This document shows positions 11,101-22,134 of a stretch of DNA of 64,000 bases, piece after piece. Numbering within the stretch: position 1 is the stretch's first letter; every line of letters starts with the position of its first letter. Both the position numbers and the translations under genes were made by a program. The notes beneath the pieces were generated by a model, which did not search any database, was not told the origin of the DNA, and saw only the letters and a program-made list of their open reading frames with translations. This DNA is from an uncultured bacterium (GTDB lineage: Bacteria > Zixibacteria > MSB-5A5 > CAIYYT01). Where the stretch lies: positions 416,001 to 480,000 of the forward strand of contig CAVSCK010000005.1 in NCBI GenBank assembly GCA_963726455.1, given 5' to 3'.

Positions 11101-12514
11101 GGCGGGCATTCCGCCTGACGGATACCATGCCGGTTTCAAAATCCGCTTCCGCAATACGGCTGATGTCGGCAATTACGACGACTGGTTCGTGGATAATATT
11201 CGCATCGACTACGGTCCGGAAATAGTCGTAAACCCGCCGACATTTCATGTCACGACGGTAATCGACGACTCGTTGATCACTCCGTTGAGGATCGACAATA
11301 CCGGTCTGGGCCAACTGGATTACACTTTGATGGTGCTTCCCGATTTCTCGAAATCCTCGGGCCTCTTCGGGCGCTTGCTGTCAGAGGGACACGTTCAGCC
11401 GGCGACTACTCCTCTGGGCTCCGAATGGCAGGATTTCGTCGAGACCAAGGGTGCTGCGACAACTCTGCGTGGCCCTGATGTGATATACAACGCCGGCGGT
11501 CCCGATGCGTTCGGCTACACCTGGATTGATTCTGACGAACCGGGTGGACCGACGTTTGGCTGGATTGACATTGAAGCGACCGGCACGAGTGTCGGCTCGG
11601 CTCTGGTGGACGACAACTTTATCGGACCGTATGATATTGGTTTTGGCTTCCCCTATTACGATTCGATGTATACGAAATTCTACATCACCGGCAACGGAAC
11701 CATCGGACTAGGGCCGACCGATTCCTACGGTTCGTTCTCCAACGGATCGCTGCCGAGCACCAGCGCGCCCAACAACATGATTTATTGGTGCTGGGATGAC
11801 CTCAACATCCTCAATCCCAGCAACCCGGGTGGCAAAGTGTTGTATCAAATCGTCGGCGGGAATTTGGTGATACAATTCGAAAAGTATCCCCGGATCAGCG
11901 CCCCTGCGGGCGGCACGATCACGGCAGAAGTGATTCTTTCGCCGAACGGCAACATTCTGGTGCAATACGAGACCCTCGGGGCGTCCTTCGACTCCCAGAG
12001 CAACACGGTGGGAATTGAAAATAAGAACGGCACAATGGGACTGCAAGTGGCGTTGAATACCGCGTATCTCCACAACGGCCTGGCAATTCAATTCACCAAG
12101 CCCGCTCAGTGGCTGTACCTGGCGAGCACCTACGGCTCAGTACTGCCGGGTGAATACAACAGCATCGACATGAAGTTCAGTGCCGTCGGCCTGGACACCG
12201 GTCTTTACAAATCTTTCCTAACGATATTTAGCAATGACCCGGATTCAGCGCACAATCCCAAGACGCTTTCGGTGCAAATGACGGTGACTCCGCCGGCCCC
12301 GCCGTACACCATTGGTGATGCCAGCGGCGACGGCCTAGTCGATATCAGCGACGCGGTATACCTAATCGCTTATATCTTCAGCGGCGGTCCGGCTCCGAAT
12401 CCCCCGGCTGCCGGAGATGCAAGTTGCGATACGCAGGTGGACATCTCTGACGCGGTTTACCTGATCGCATACATTTTCTCGGGAGGTCCAGCGCCGGGAG
12501 TGGGATGTAAGTAA
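8144..12514 (+). CDS. Gingipain-like C25 cysteine peptidase with propeptide, accessory beta domains and C-terminal dockerin
   Basis: RBS GAAAGG then ATG 8144, signal peptide, propeptide (PSKGNLLR), catalytic NYTGHG and ISVACVNG, dockerin GDASGDGLVDISDAVYLIAYIFSGG twice. Confidence 0.93.
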   Translation: MRLRSLLTLILLLRLAAGANAERVVLNGNADDVSVQVQESNAMRTVIRFEVNAFDRNALNVNGGIYYSITCGKEALFLNAGEPALPHVNRSIVIPNDAQMAVRVISSEYRDFEATPVEPSKGNLLRTVDPKDVPYTFGNVYTSANPYPSEQATGGDPYIMRDYRAMVVEANPFQYLPDTKTLRVYTSLVVEVTNVGVSNVNVLTRNRTEHGLVPEFEQIYQRRFINYDYQTDRYVPLQESGDMLIITYDAFAGTMQPFVDWKRQKGIKTRMVNVSTIGNTSTAIKAFVQAYFDTTDLAWLLLVGDNVQIATPFASGGASDPSYAKLVGSDNYPDIFVGRFSAETAPQAQTQVQRTITYEQGPPTGDWLNKGMGVASDQGPGHAGGEYDYQHMNNIRTDLLAHGYTTVDQVYDPGANATMVATGVNSGRSFINYTGHGATTSWTTSGFSNSNVASLTNVNKLPFIISVACVNGEFDGLTCFAEAWLRATSGGNPTGALACYMSSINQSWNPPMDAQDEATDLLINNLMNTFGGICFNSSSKMIDLNGAGGVEMYDTWHIFGDPSVQLRTQPPTPMTIDHAPAIFFASPSYQLSIPGVPKALCALYTNGVLYGAAYTDAQGNATINISPMLPVGGQIFLTVTAYNKVTFIDTLDITADLAILHTPLSDTKNAITPYRVDATIYSSAPLKAESLLVYYQVGSTWYQDTLETTTPENHFVGYIPPQAAGSTINYYLFGANTAGKADTTDVYTFHVIDYALVLDPLAAHETAPVNDTVWYSLNVKNDGALTDSYDLATLSSSWNTSIWDSGITSVISSIGPLISGLESNFKVRVIVPQVPNGASDIAQIKVTSQGKPTVSAQATLQTFSAGQPLAIPFTDEFASTTVDTVKWEKIAGVTVDTRSIGAPSAPYALNLNGSPSGADTLESDQINLRNYSGVLVTYYYEKKGSGSAPGPGNDLFVEYLNNVGTWRLLRQHLGSEADMTAFTRVQAGIPPDGYHAGFKIRFRNTADVGNYDDWFVDNIRIDYGPEIVVNPPTFHVTTVIDDSLITPLRIDNTGLGQLDYTLMVLPDFSKSSGLFGRLLSEGHVQPATTPLGSEWQDFVETKGAATTLRGPDVIYNAGGPDAFGYTWIDSDEPGGPTFGWIDIEATGTSVGSALVDDNFIGPYDIGFGFPYYDSMYTKFYITGNGTIGLGPTDSYGSFSNGSLPSTSAPNNMIYWCWDDLNILNPSNPGGKVLYQIVGGNLVIQFEKYPRISAPAGGTITAEVILSPNGNILVQYETLGASFDSQSNTVGIENKNGTMGLQVALNTAYLHNGLAIQFTKPAQWLYLASTYGSVLPGEYNSIDMKFSAVGLDTGLYKSFLTIFSNDPDSAHNPKTLSVQMTVTPPAPPYTIGDASGDGLVDISDAVYLIAYIFSGGPAPNPPAAGDASCDTQVDISDAVYLIAYIFSGGPAPGVGCK

Positions 12515-12570
12515 ATGCGAGTATGGCCGTCGCGCTACAACGACGGCGTATCAAAGGAGTGCGATTCAAC

Positions 12571-12605
12571 CGGGGTAGCCAGCAATGGCTGCCCCGTGTT
12601 ATTTT
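12571..12605 (+). terminator. Intrinsic terminator
   Basis: CGGGGTAGCCA-GCAA-TGGCTGCCCCG hairpin followed by TGTTATTTT. Confidence 0.7.
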
Positions 12606-12686
12606 ACCGGCATAATACGTATAGAGCCGACAACGTGATACACGACGCCGAGGACGTCAGAAAGACAGTGATGTGAGGTCTGTCGG

Positions 12687-13379
12687 TTAGATTGTGTGGA
12701 ACAGGCGATCCCACTGGATGCGGCTCGGGAAATGCGTCGAATTGTAGATCAGCGAAGCAAACAGATCGAAAATGTAGGGCGACTCAATCGTGGGAGCGCC
12801 TGGATCCGGCGCCCAACTGAAGTAGATAAATACCGCCTTGCCCTTGATGTAGCTGCGATCAAGAAATCCCCAAAAACGTGAATCCTGGCTGTCGTCGCGA
12901 TTGTCACCAAGAACGAAATACTGGTTCGCAGGCACTTGCATTGGCCCGAAAAAGTCACGCTGGGAATATATTTCAGGTAATTCCTGTGAATCCTTGTGGA
13001 ACACGCCACCCGCATCGGCGACCAACTGGCTGTCGACATACAATTGCTTGTTGCGAATCTCGACTGTCTGACCGGGCAACGCTATGATACGCTTAATATA
13101 GTCTTTCGTGGTATTCATCGGAAATTCGAATACGATGATGTCATTGATTTGCGGTTCCGCGAAACGGTAGCAGAACTTGTTGACGAAAACGAAGTCGCCT
13201 TCCTTCAGGGTGCTTTCCATTGACCCCGAGGAGACACGATATGCCTGCACCACGAACATGCGCAGGATTACGGCAATAACGATGGCGACAAGAATCGCCT
13301 CGACATATTCCTTGACCTTGCGCTCGTGTTTACGCCGCGCTAGACGCGCCGCACCAATCGTCGTTACACTTGTTGGCAT
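12687..13379 (-). CDS. lepB: Signal peptidase I
   Basis: TM helix, SGSMESTL (catalytic Ser), DYIKRII (catalytic Lys), GDNRDDSQDSRFWG. Confidence 0.95.
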   Translation of the reverse strand: MPTSVTTIGAARLARRKHERKVKEYVEAILVAIVIAVILRMFVVQAYRVSSGSMESTLKEGDFVFVNKFCYRFAEPQINDIIVFEFPMNTTKDYIKRIIALPGQTVEIRNKQLYVDSQLVADAGGVFHKDSQELPEIYSQRDFFGPMQVPANQYFVLGDNRDDSQDSRFWGFLDRSYIKGKAVFIYFSWAPDPGAPTIESPYIFDLFASLIYNSTHFPSRIQWDRLFHTI

Positions 13380-13562
13380 CTGCTAAGAATATTATCGGCT
13401 GGTCACCCCGATTTAATTACCGCTTTTCAGCTAAGCTATTGTGTGACAGAATGAAACAGTGCCGGAAAAGCCCGAAAATGCCATGTCCCTTGGCGGATCT
13501 TGCGCTGCCGAGCCATCTAATCGACTAAGCAGAACAACGTGGGAGACTGTTTGGTAGTCGGT

Positions 13563-14069
13563 CTACTTGTGCGTCAGGAAGTAGTTGAGCATTTCAATAT
13601 TGCCCGGATTCTTACCGTTTCTTCGGATGGCGGCAATTATCTGTGCACGCGTGTGTGTGCCGTGGTTGGCGACGTGGAAGATCATTTTCCAGAGCGGCAA
13701 GGATGCAGAGAAACCGTTGGGAAGGGTGAACGACCAATCTTCCAGCAGACGTTGTTCTGAAATATTGTCTACGAGATCTCGCGCCTGCTTGTCGACCGAT
13801 CGCCATCTTTCCCGCGCCAGGGCGATCGTAGCCGTGTCTTCCGGTTTGACTTTTACGGAAATCGATTGCTGCACCGTCATGCTGCCGTCGAACCAGCAAA
13901 ACCATCCCCACTGAGTAGTGAGGAAATGCCCCAGCGTGTCGCGGATCGAGCCATGTCCGCTGCAACCGGGCGCATTGTATTCATCCGGCGAAAGCTGCTC
14001 CAGCGATTGCAGCAATTGCTCGGTGGCCCAGGTGTTGTACTGATAGAATAACCGTATCAGATCTCGCAT
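13563..14069 (-). CDS. DinB family protein
   Basis: YNTWAT, GSIRDTLGH and HVANHGTHTRAQ motifs. Confidence 0.9.
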   Translation of the reverse strand: MRDLIRLFYQYNTWATEQLLQSLEQLSPDEYNAPGCSGHGSIRDTLGHFLTTQWGWFCWFDGSMTVQQSISVKVKPEDTATIALARERWRSVDKQARDLVDNISEQRLLEDWSFTLPNGFSASLPLWKMIFHVANHGTHTRAQIIAAIRRNGKNPGNIEMLNYFLTHK

Positions 14070-14128
14070 GCCTTTCCTCCCTTGGAATGCGCCGGATATA
14101 TTCGGGACGAGTCCAGGTGGCCTGATGC

Positions 14129-14716
14129 CTATTGGAGTTGTTTTTCCACCTGCGCTACCAGATCAGCATTCATCGGGTCAATTTCCGAAGGGTAACGCGC
14201 TACCAGGCGGCCCTGCTTATCGAGCAGGAACTTGCTGAAATTCCATTTGATCGGACCCGGCAGACCCGATTGTTCGGTTAGATAAGCAAACAATGGATGT
14301 ATATCCTTGCCGGTGACACTGATCTTGGACATCATCGGAAACGTGACACTGTACGTTGATGTGCAAAATTGCTTGATTTCCTGGTCGGTTCCCGGTTCCT
14401 GACCGCCGAAGTTATTGGCTGGAAATCCGATGATGACAAAGCCGCGATCTTTGTACTTCTCGTAAAGTTGTTCCAGACCTTTGTATTGCGGCGTGAATCC
14501 GCATTTGCTTGCCACGTTAACAACCAGCACCACGTCTCCCTTATAGGCACTGAGGTTGGTTTCCTTGCCGTCGATTGTCTTGAATGGAATCTGCAGATGA
14601 TCGACCACGACGGACGGGTCGCTCTTCTTCGCCGATTCACTGGGGGCACCGGTCGCACCAAATACCATGGCCGTTCCCAGAGCCAGTGTTGTCAGTAATA
14701 TCCATGGTGATTGCAT
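14129..14716 (-). CDS. Glutathione peroxidase family protein (Cys type) with signal peptide
   Basis: VNVASKCGFTPQY, GFPANNFGGQEPG and WNFSKFL motifs. Confidence 0.95.
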   Translation of the reverse strand: MQSPWILLTTLALGTAMVFGATGAPSESAKKSDPSVVVDHLQIPFKTIDGKETNLSAYKGDVVLVVNVASKCGFTPQYKGLEQLYEKYKDRGFVIIGFPANNFGGQEPGTDQEIKQFCTSTYSVTFPMMSKISVTGKDIHPLFAYLTEQSGLPGPIKWNFSKFLLDKQGRLVARYPSEIDPMNADLVAQVEKQLQ

Positions 14717-14926
14717 CGCGTGTATCCTCCTGATTGTTATCTGCTACGCTGTTCTACGGATCGAGAAGTGCGGTAGATGGAAGAGTTTGTGCCGCCGCAG
14801 GTCTGTTCGAGCGACTAGGGAGGGATGGCGGGATTGGCCAAAAGCGATTGCGTCGGATATACTAACGGATATCTTCGGCAAGGTAGGAATTTCCAGGTCG
14901 GACAACCATGGAATGAAACGGCAGGT

Positions 14927-16027
14927 ATGTACTTAACTTCGCTCAAGCTCACTAACTTCCGGAATATCGGCGAGCTGCAAATCGCTCCGAATCCGAACCT
15001 GAATTTGATAGTTGGGCCAAACGGCGCCGGCAAAACATCGGTGCTGGAGGCAATCTTCTACGGTTGCACGGCACGGTCGTTTCGCGGCGCAGGCGATGAC
15101 ATTCTCTTGCGTCAGGGGAGCGATGTCTGCCGCATCGAAATGGAAGGTTTGATCGGCGACAACCGCATATTAATTGAGATCGCCTGGGGCAGTGCGCACA
15201 AGCGGCAGATCAAGGTGGACGGCGTCAAGATGTCGCGCGTGGCCGACCTGTTCGAATACTTCCATGCCGTCAGCTTTATTCCGGAAGACACTGAGTTGAT
15301 CTTTGGTTCGCCTGCGGTTCGGCGCCGCATGCTCGACCTGTATCTTGCACAGGCCGACCGCAGTTATTTGTCAGACCTGCTCGAATACAACCGCATAATT
15401 GCCCAACGAAACGCGCTATTGAAGGAATTCACCATCGACGAGGAAGCGGCATCGCCACTCGAATTGCTCGAAGTCTGGGATGGCCAGCTTGCCGGCGTCG
15501 GCGCGAAGATTCTGGCCAAACGTCAGTCGATGATTGCGGAGACGTCCGAGAGGATCGCGTACTACTATCGCGCAGTGGAATCAGGTAATAGCATTCTGCG
15601 ATGGTCATATCAATCAACCGTCGGTGATTCCGACGCTACCAGAGAGGCATTTCTGGAGAAGTTGACGCAATCTCGCAGACGCGATTTCTATCTCGGATCA
15701 ACAACCGTCGGTCCGCACCGTGACGACCTCGAGATTGTGTTGAACGATATGGCGACACGCGACTTTGCCAGCCAGGGAGAAGCCAAGTCAATAACGCTGG
15801 CGATCAAGTTTGCCATCTTCGACTATCTGTCCGAGCGTTTGCACGAGCCGCCGATCTTACTTCTGGACGAACTGTCCTCCGATCTGGACTATACGCGACT
15901 GGGTGCCCTGACCGCGCTCCTGCCCAAGCTGGGACAGGTTTTCCTGACAACCACTAAACCGGCGGAGTTGCTGCAAGGCGCATCAATACAGGGTGAAATC
16001 AAAATCGTCGACGGAAAGCTCGCGTAG
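14927..16027 (+). CDS. recF: DNA replication/repair protein RecF
   Basis: NFRN, GPNGAGKTS, GPHRDD, SQGE and LLLDELSSDLD motifs. Confidence 0.95.
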   Translation: MYLTSLKLTNFRNIGELQIAPNPNLNLIVGPNGAGKTSVLEAIFYGCTARSFRGAGDDILLRQGSDVCRIEMEGLIGDNRILIEIAWGSAHKRQIKVDGVKMSRVADLFEYFHAVSFIPEDTELIFGSPAVRRRMLDLYLAQADRSYLSDLLEYNRIIAQRNALLKEFTIDEEAASPLELLEVWDGQLAGVGAKILAKRQSMIAETSERIAYYYRAVESGNSILRWSYQSTVGDSDATREAFLEKLTQSRRRDFYLGSTTVGPHRDDLEIVLNDMATRDFASQGEAKSITLAIKFAIFDYLSERLHEPPILLLDELSSDLDYTRLGALTALLPKLGQVFLTTTKPAELLQGASIQGEIKIVDGKLA

Positions 16028-16190
16028 AATAAAACTTATACCGCTCTAACATAGAGTGTTACTCACGTATTTATAACATATTGTACAATATAACGTTAGA
16101 GACCGAAAAAACACCAAAAAGCGTGAGTTTTTAGTTGCCGAAAAGGTTTGTTTAATCGTATATTGTGAACAAGCCGGATGAGGAATTAGA

Positions 16191-16478
16191 GTGCGTCGCG
16201 CAGAGAAAATTCAGGGCATAATTGGTCGCACTTTAGAGCAACTTGGCCTCACCGAGCGAATGAAGGAAGCCGATGTCGTTCGGCGATTTAGCGAAATTGT
16301 GGGCGACAAAATTGCGGCCCGGGCAGAGGCCGTTAGTATAAATCAGGGCCGGCTGGTGGTCAGTGTTTCATCCCCGGTCTGGCGTCAGGAGTTGAATTAC
16401 TCCAAACAGGAAATCATTGACACGCTGAACAAGGCGTTGGGCAATGATGTGGTTAAGGATATTTATTTTTCAGCATAA
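16191..16478 (+). CDS. DUF721/DciA family protein
   Basis: EIVG..IA...L.V.V.SPVWRQEL pattern, in the canonical position between recF and gyrB. Confidence 0.85.
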   Translation: MRRAEKIQGIIGRTLEQLGLTERMKEADVVRRFSEIVGDKIAARAEAVSINQGRLVVSVSSPVWRQELNYSKQEIIDTLNKALGNDVVKDIYFSA

Positions 16479-16487
16479 GGTGACTTG

Positions 16488-18441
<1,954 letters not shown>

Positions 18442-18449
18442 ATTTGTCG

Positions 18450-18540
18450 CGGCGCACGAGGACGTACGCCGGGCACAATGTTGATCGGGCCGAATGCGAG
18501 CGCGGGTAAGTCGAAAACCCACCGCAAGCGGTGGGGCACC
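18450..18540 (-). repeat. Two tandem GC-rich hairpins, each with a GTGCC foot on the minus strand (REP-like)
   Basis: CGGCGCACG-AGGA-CGTACGCCG+GGCAC (18450-18476) and CCCACCGC-AA-GCGGTGGG+GCACC (18518-18540). Confidence 0.5.
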
Positions 18541-18580
18541 GGTGACAGCGATAAGAACAATGAGAGGATTGAGATAAAGC

Positions 18581-21115
18581 ATGTCCATTAGCAGAGAAAA
18601 TTTGGTTACGGTGTATCTCGAGGAGGAGATGAAGTCGTCTTACCTCGACTATTCGATGTCGGTCATTACCGCGCGCGCGTTGCCTGATGTGCGCGACGGC
18701 ATGAAACCCTCCAACCGGCGCATCCTGATCGCCATGAACGACCTGAATCTGTCGCCCGATCGGGCCCATCGTAAATGCGCCAAGATTTGCGGCGACACGT
18801 CGGGTAACTACCATCCGCACGGCGAACAGGTGGTATATCCCACGCTGGTGCGTATGGCGCAGGATTTCAATATGCGCTACCCGCTGGTCGATGGCCAGGG
18901 CAACTTCGGATCGGTCGACGGCGACGAAGCCGCGGCGATGCGTTATACGGAAGCGCGCCTGACGCCGATTGCGATGGAGATGCTGGCCGATCTCGAAAAA
19001 GACACCGTCGCATTTATGCCGAATTACGACGAAACGTTGCAGGAACCGCGCGTTCTGCCGAGCAAGTTCCCGAATCTCCTCTGCAATGGCTCCTCCGGTA
19101 TCGCCGTCGGTATGGCGACGAACATTCCGCCGCACAACCTGCGCGAAGTCGTCGATGCGCTGACGCTGATCATCGACAATCCCGAAACCAGTGAACTCGA
19201 ACTGTTGATGGCGGTATCGGGTCCCGATTTTCCGACCGGCGGCATAATCTATGGCCGCAAAGGAATCCGTGACGCCTATCTGACCGGTCGCGGCAAGTTG
19301 ATCGTGCGCGCCAAGGCCAATATCGAGCGGATGAAGAACGGCAAAGAGAACATCGTGATCTCGGAGATTCCGTACCAGGTCAACAAGTCGAATCTGATCC
19401 AGAACATCGCCGAACTGGTAAAGAACAAAGTAGTCGAAGACATTTCCGATCTGCGCGACGAATCCGACCGCGATGGCATGCGCATCGTGATCGAACTCAA
19501 GCGCGAAGTGCCGCCGCAAGTCGTGTTGAACCAACTGTTCAAGCACACGCAGATGCAGACGACGTTCGGCATCATTATGATCTCGCTGGTCGACGGCGCG
19601 CCACGAGTTATGCCATTGCGCGGGATGCTCGATGAATTCATCAAGCACCGCCATGAAGTTGTCGTTCGCCGCGCCAAATTCGAATTGAAGAAGGCCGAAG
19701 CGCGGGCGCATATCCTCGAAGGTCTTCGCATTGCGCTGGATAACATCGACGCCGTTATCACGCTGATTCGCAGTTCCAAAACCGTGCCGGAAGCCAAAGA
19801 GGGCTTGATGAAAAACTTCAAGCTATCGGAATTACAGGCGCAGGCGATTTTGGATATGCGGTTGCAGCGGCTGACCGGTCTCGAACGCCAGAAGATCGAG
19901 GACGAATACGCCGAACTGCTCAAGCAGATCGACTACCTCAAGAACGTGCTCGCCAGCAAAGAAATGCGGATGGCGATCATCAAGCAGGAGCTGGTCGAGC
20001 TGAAAGAGAAATATGGCGACGAGCGCCGCACCGAAATCGTCGACGAGACCGAAGAAATGACGATGGAAGATCTGATCGCCGAGGAAGACATGGTGATCAC
20101 GATCAGCCATCAGGGTTATATCAAGCGGCTGTCGACATCGGCCTACAGAAGGCAAAATCGCGGCGGCAAGGGCGTGATCGGAATCAACGTCAAGGACGAA
20201 GATTTCGTCGAGCACCTGTTTATCGCCTCGACGCATGATTATATCCTCTTCTTCACCACCAAGGGCAAGGCGTTCTGGATTAAGGTCCACGAAGTTCCGG
20301 TCGGCGGCAAATTGGCCAAGGGCAAACCGGTGGTCAATATGGTTGAGCTGCAAGAAGGCGAACTCGTGTGCGCATTCCTGCCGGTGCGCAATTTCGAGGA
20401 CGGCAAGTTCATCGTGATGGCGACCCGCAACGGCGTGATCAAGAAGACTGAGCTGTCGCAATTCTCGAATCCGCGCCGTGATGGTATCCGCGCCATCGGC
20501 ATTCCGGATGACGACTCGCTGATCGATGTGAATACTTCCGACGGCACCAACGATATTATTCTGGCCACGCATCTGGGCCAGGCGATCCGCTTCCCCGAGG
20601 ACAAAGTCCGCGCCATGGGACGCACGGCGTACGGCGTCAACGGCATCTCTCTTGAAGAAGGCGACTATGTCGTCAGCATGGTAGTGGTGAAACGCCAGAC
20701 GTCGCTGTTGTCGGTCACCGTAAAGGGCTTCGGCAAACGATCGGAAATTTCCGAGTATCGCGTCACCAACCGTGGCGGCAAGGGTGTGATCAACATGAAG
20801 ACCACCGACCGCGTCGGCAACGTGCTCGCGGTAAAGGAAGTGGTCGATCAGGACGGCCTGATGATCATCACCCAAAAAGGGATCGTGATCCGGCAGGATA
20901 TCAAGTCGATCAAGATCATCGGCCGCAACACGCAGGGTGTCAAACTGATCTCGCTCGATGAAGGCGACCAGGTCACCGACGTTGCCCGCATTGTCGGCGA
21001 AAACGGTAATGGTGAGGGTAATGGAAATGGCAACGGCAATGGTGATAATGGTGAGGGCGAAGAGCCGGAGGTTGAGGGGAATGGCGAAACAGTGCCGGAA
21101 GCTCCAGAGGCGTGA
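18581..21115 (+). CDS. gyrA: DNA gyrase subunit A
   Basis: YHPHG, AAMRYTE (catalytic Tyr), GyrA box QNRGGKG, beta-pinwheel CTD, acidic Gly/Asn tail. Confidence 0.97.
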   Translation: MSISRENLVTVYLEEEMKSSYLDYSMSVITARALPDVRDGMKPSNRRILIAMNDLNLSPDRAHRKCAKICGDTSGNYHPHGEQVVYPTLVRMAQDFNMRYPLVDGQGNFGSVDGDEAAAMRYTEARLTPIAMEMLADLEKDTVAFMPNYDETLQEPRVLPSKFPNLLCNGSSGIAVGMATNIPPHNLREVVDALTLIIDNPETSELELLMAVSGPDFPTGGIIYGRKGIRDAYLTGRGKLIVRAKANIERMKNGKENIVISEIPYQVNKSNLIQNIAELVKNKVVEDISDLRDESDRDGMRIVIELKREVPPQVVLNQLFKHTQMQTTFGIIMISLVDGAPRVMPLRGMLDEFIKHRHEVVVRRAKFELKKAEARAHILEGLRIALDNIDAVITLIRSSKTVPEAKEGLMKNFKLSELQAQAILDMRLQRLTGLERQKIEDEYAELLKQIDYLKNVLASKEMRMAIIKQELVELKEKYGDERRTEIVDETEEMTMEDLIAEEDMVITISHQGYIKRLSTSAYRRQNRGGKGVIGINVKDEDFVEHLFIASTHDYILFFTTKGKAFWIKVHEVPVGGKLAKGKPVVNMVELQEGELVCAFLPVRNFEDGKFIVMATRNGVIKKTELSQFSNPRRDGIRAIGIPDDDSLIDVNTSDGTNDIILATHLGQAIRFPEDKVRAMGRTAYGVNGISLEEGDYVVSMVVVKRQTSLLSVTVKGFGKRSEISEYRVTNRGGKGVINMKTTDRVGNVLAVKEVVDQDGLMIITQKGIVIRQDIKSIKIIGRNTQGVKLISLDEGDQVTDVARIVGENGNGEGNGNGNGNGDNGEGEEPEVEGNGETVPEAPEA

Positions 21116-21119
21116 TTTC

Positions 21120-21358
21120 GTAGGTCGGGTTCCGAGTCCTTTCTTGACTCGTCGTAGTGCATCCGAGTGAAATAGTCGCTTTCGACGAACATATAGTTTG
21201 ACGGCATCACGGGACGAGAAACCCGACATTCGATCATCGGGCAAGTGGAAATGTCGGGTTTCTCACTTGCGGCTCATTCTGCGACGGGTGACAAAGTTAA
21301 TGACTGTGATGTTTCGAATGCACAGCCACTTCAAGGCACCGTTCGGAACCCGACCTAC
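21120..21358. repeat. Long-loop REP doublet (REPIN-like), copy 1, 239 bp
   Basis: GTAG-GTCGGGTT-(88 nt)-AACCCGAC-AT ... AT-GTCGGGTT-(86 nt)-AACCCGAC-CTAC. Confidence 0.9.
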
Positions 21359-21385
21359 GACTGACGCCTAGTCTATGATGGCACG

Positions 21386-21865
21386 ATGAAGACTTTAAGA
21401 CGTTACGAATTGCGCGACCGATTGTACTTTGTCACTGTCGTGACACATCACCGTGAGTCACTGCTCTTGATTGATCCGAGTCTATTTCGCTTATCGTGGG
21501 GAAGAGTGGAGCTTGTCGCGTGGGTATTGCTTCCAGATCATTTCCATGCGATCATCGAAGTTGGCGTGGACTCGATTTCCGATATGTTGCACGCATTCAA
21601 GATCAAGTATTCACGCAGATTTCGGGACAGCTTTCGCCCAGGCAGGGTCTGGCAGAATCGCTTCTGGGAGCATGTCATCCGTGACGAAGGTGATTTGAAC
21701 CGGCATACAGACTACATCCACTACAATCCGGTAAAGCATGAGATTTCACGGAGCCCGTTCGATTATCGACTTTCATCACTTGACGATTATTTTCGATGCG
21801 GACTCTATGAAAGAGACTGGGGAGTCAAAGAGCTGGTAACTTTCGAGGGAGAATTTGGCGAATGA
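21386..21865 (+). mobile_element. REP-associated tyrosine transposase (RAYT/TnpA-REP, Y1 HUH)
   Basis: YFVTVVT, HUH motif LPDHFHAII, VWQNRFWEHVIRDE, DYIHYNPVKH. Flanked by GTAG-footed REPs. Confidence 0.92.
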
Positions 21866-21869
21866 TATC

Positions 21870-22108
21870 GTAGGTCGGGTTCCGAGTCCTTTGCTGACTC
21901 GTCGTAGTGCATCCGAGTGAAATGGTCGCTTTCGACGAACATATAGTTTGACGGCATCACGGGACGAGAAACCCGACATTCGATCATCGGGCAAGTGGAA
22001 ATGTCGGGTTTCTCACTTGCGGCTCATATAACCGGTGGTCCCAATGTTAATCTAATTGACCTTTCGTTCGCACTGGCACGGCAGACCACCGTTCAGAACC
22101 CGACCTAC
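21870..22108. repeat. Long-loop REP doublet, copy 2, 239 bp (direct repeat of copy 1 at +750)
   Basis: Same length and architecture as copy 1. The first 158 nt differ at 3 positions. The right-hand loop is strongly diverged without gaps. Confidence 0.9.
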
Positions 22109-22134
22109 GTTTCGCAGCTCAGGAGACAGACTCA

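Noticed and set aside
14129-14716. Glutathione peroxidase as a selenoprotein
   Set aside because: The active-site codon is TGC (Cys) and there is no in-frame UGA.
14720-16190. Possible oriC near recF-gyrB
   Set aside because: No dnaA or dnaN, and no cluster of TTATCCACA-like boxes was seen.
20995-21085. GGTAAT/GGCAAC-type short repeats at the gyrA 3' end
   Set aside because: They encode an ordinary low-complexity Gly/Asn/Glu tail.
21776-21994. Duplicated small minus-strand ORFs (MPDDRMSGF..., MIECRVSRP...)
   Set aside because: They are by-products of the repeated non-coding element.
21120-22108. Repeats as a CRISPR array or DGR template/variable pair
   Set aside because: There are only two adjacent units, no cas or reverse transcriptase gene is present, and the mismatches are not restricted to adenines. 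GTAG feet and the RAYT gene fit REPs.
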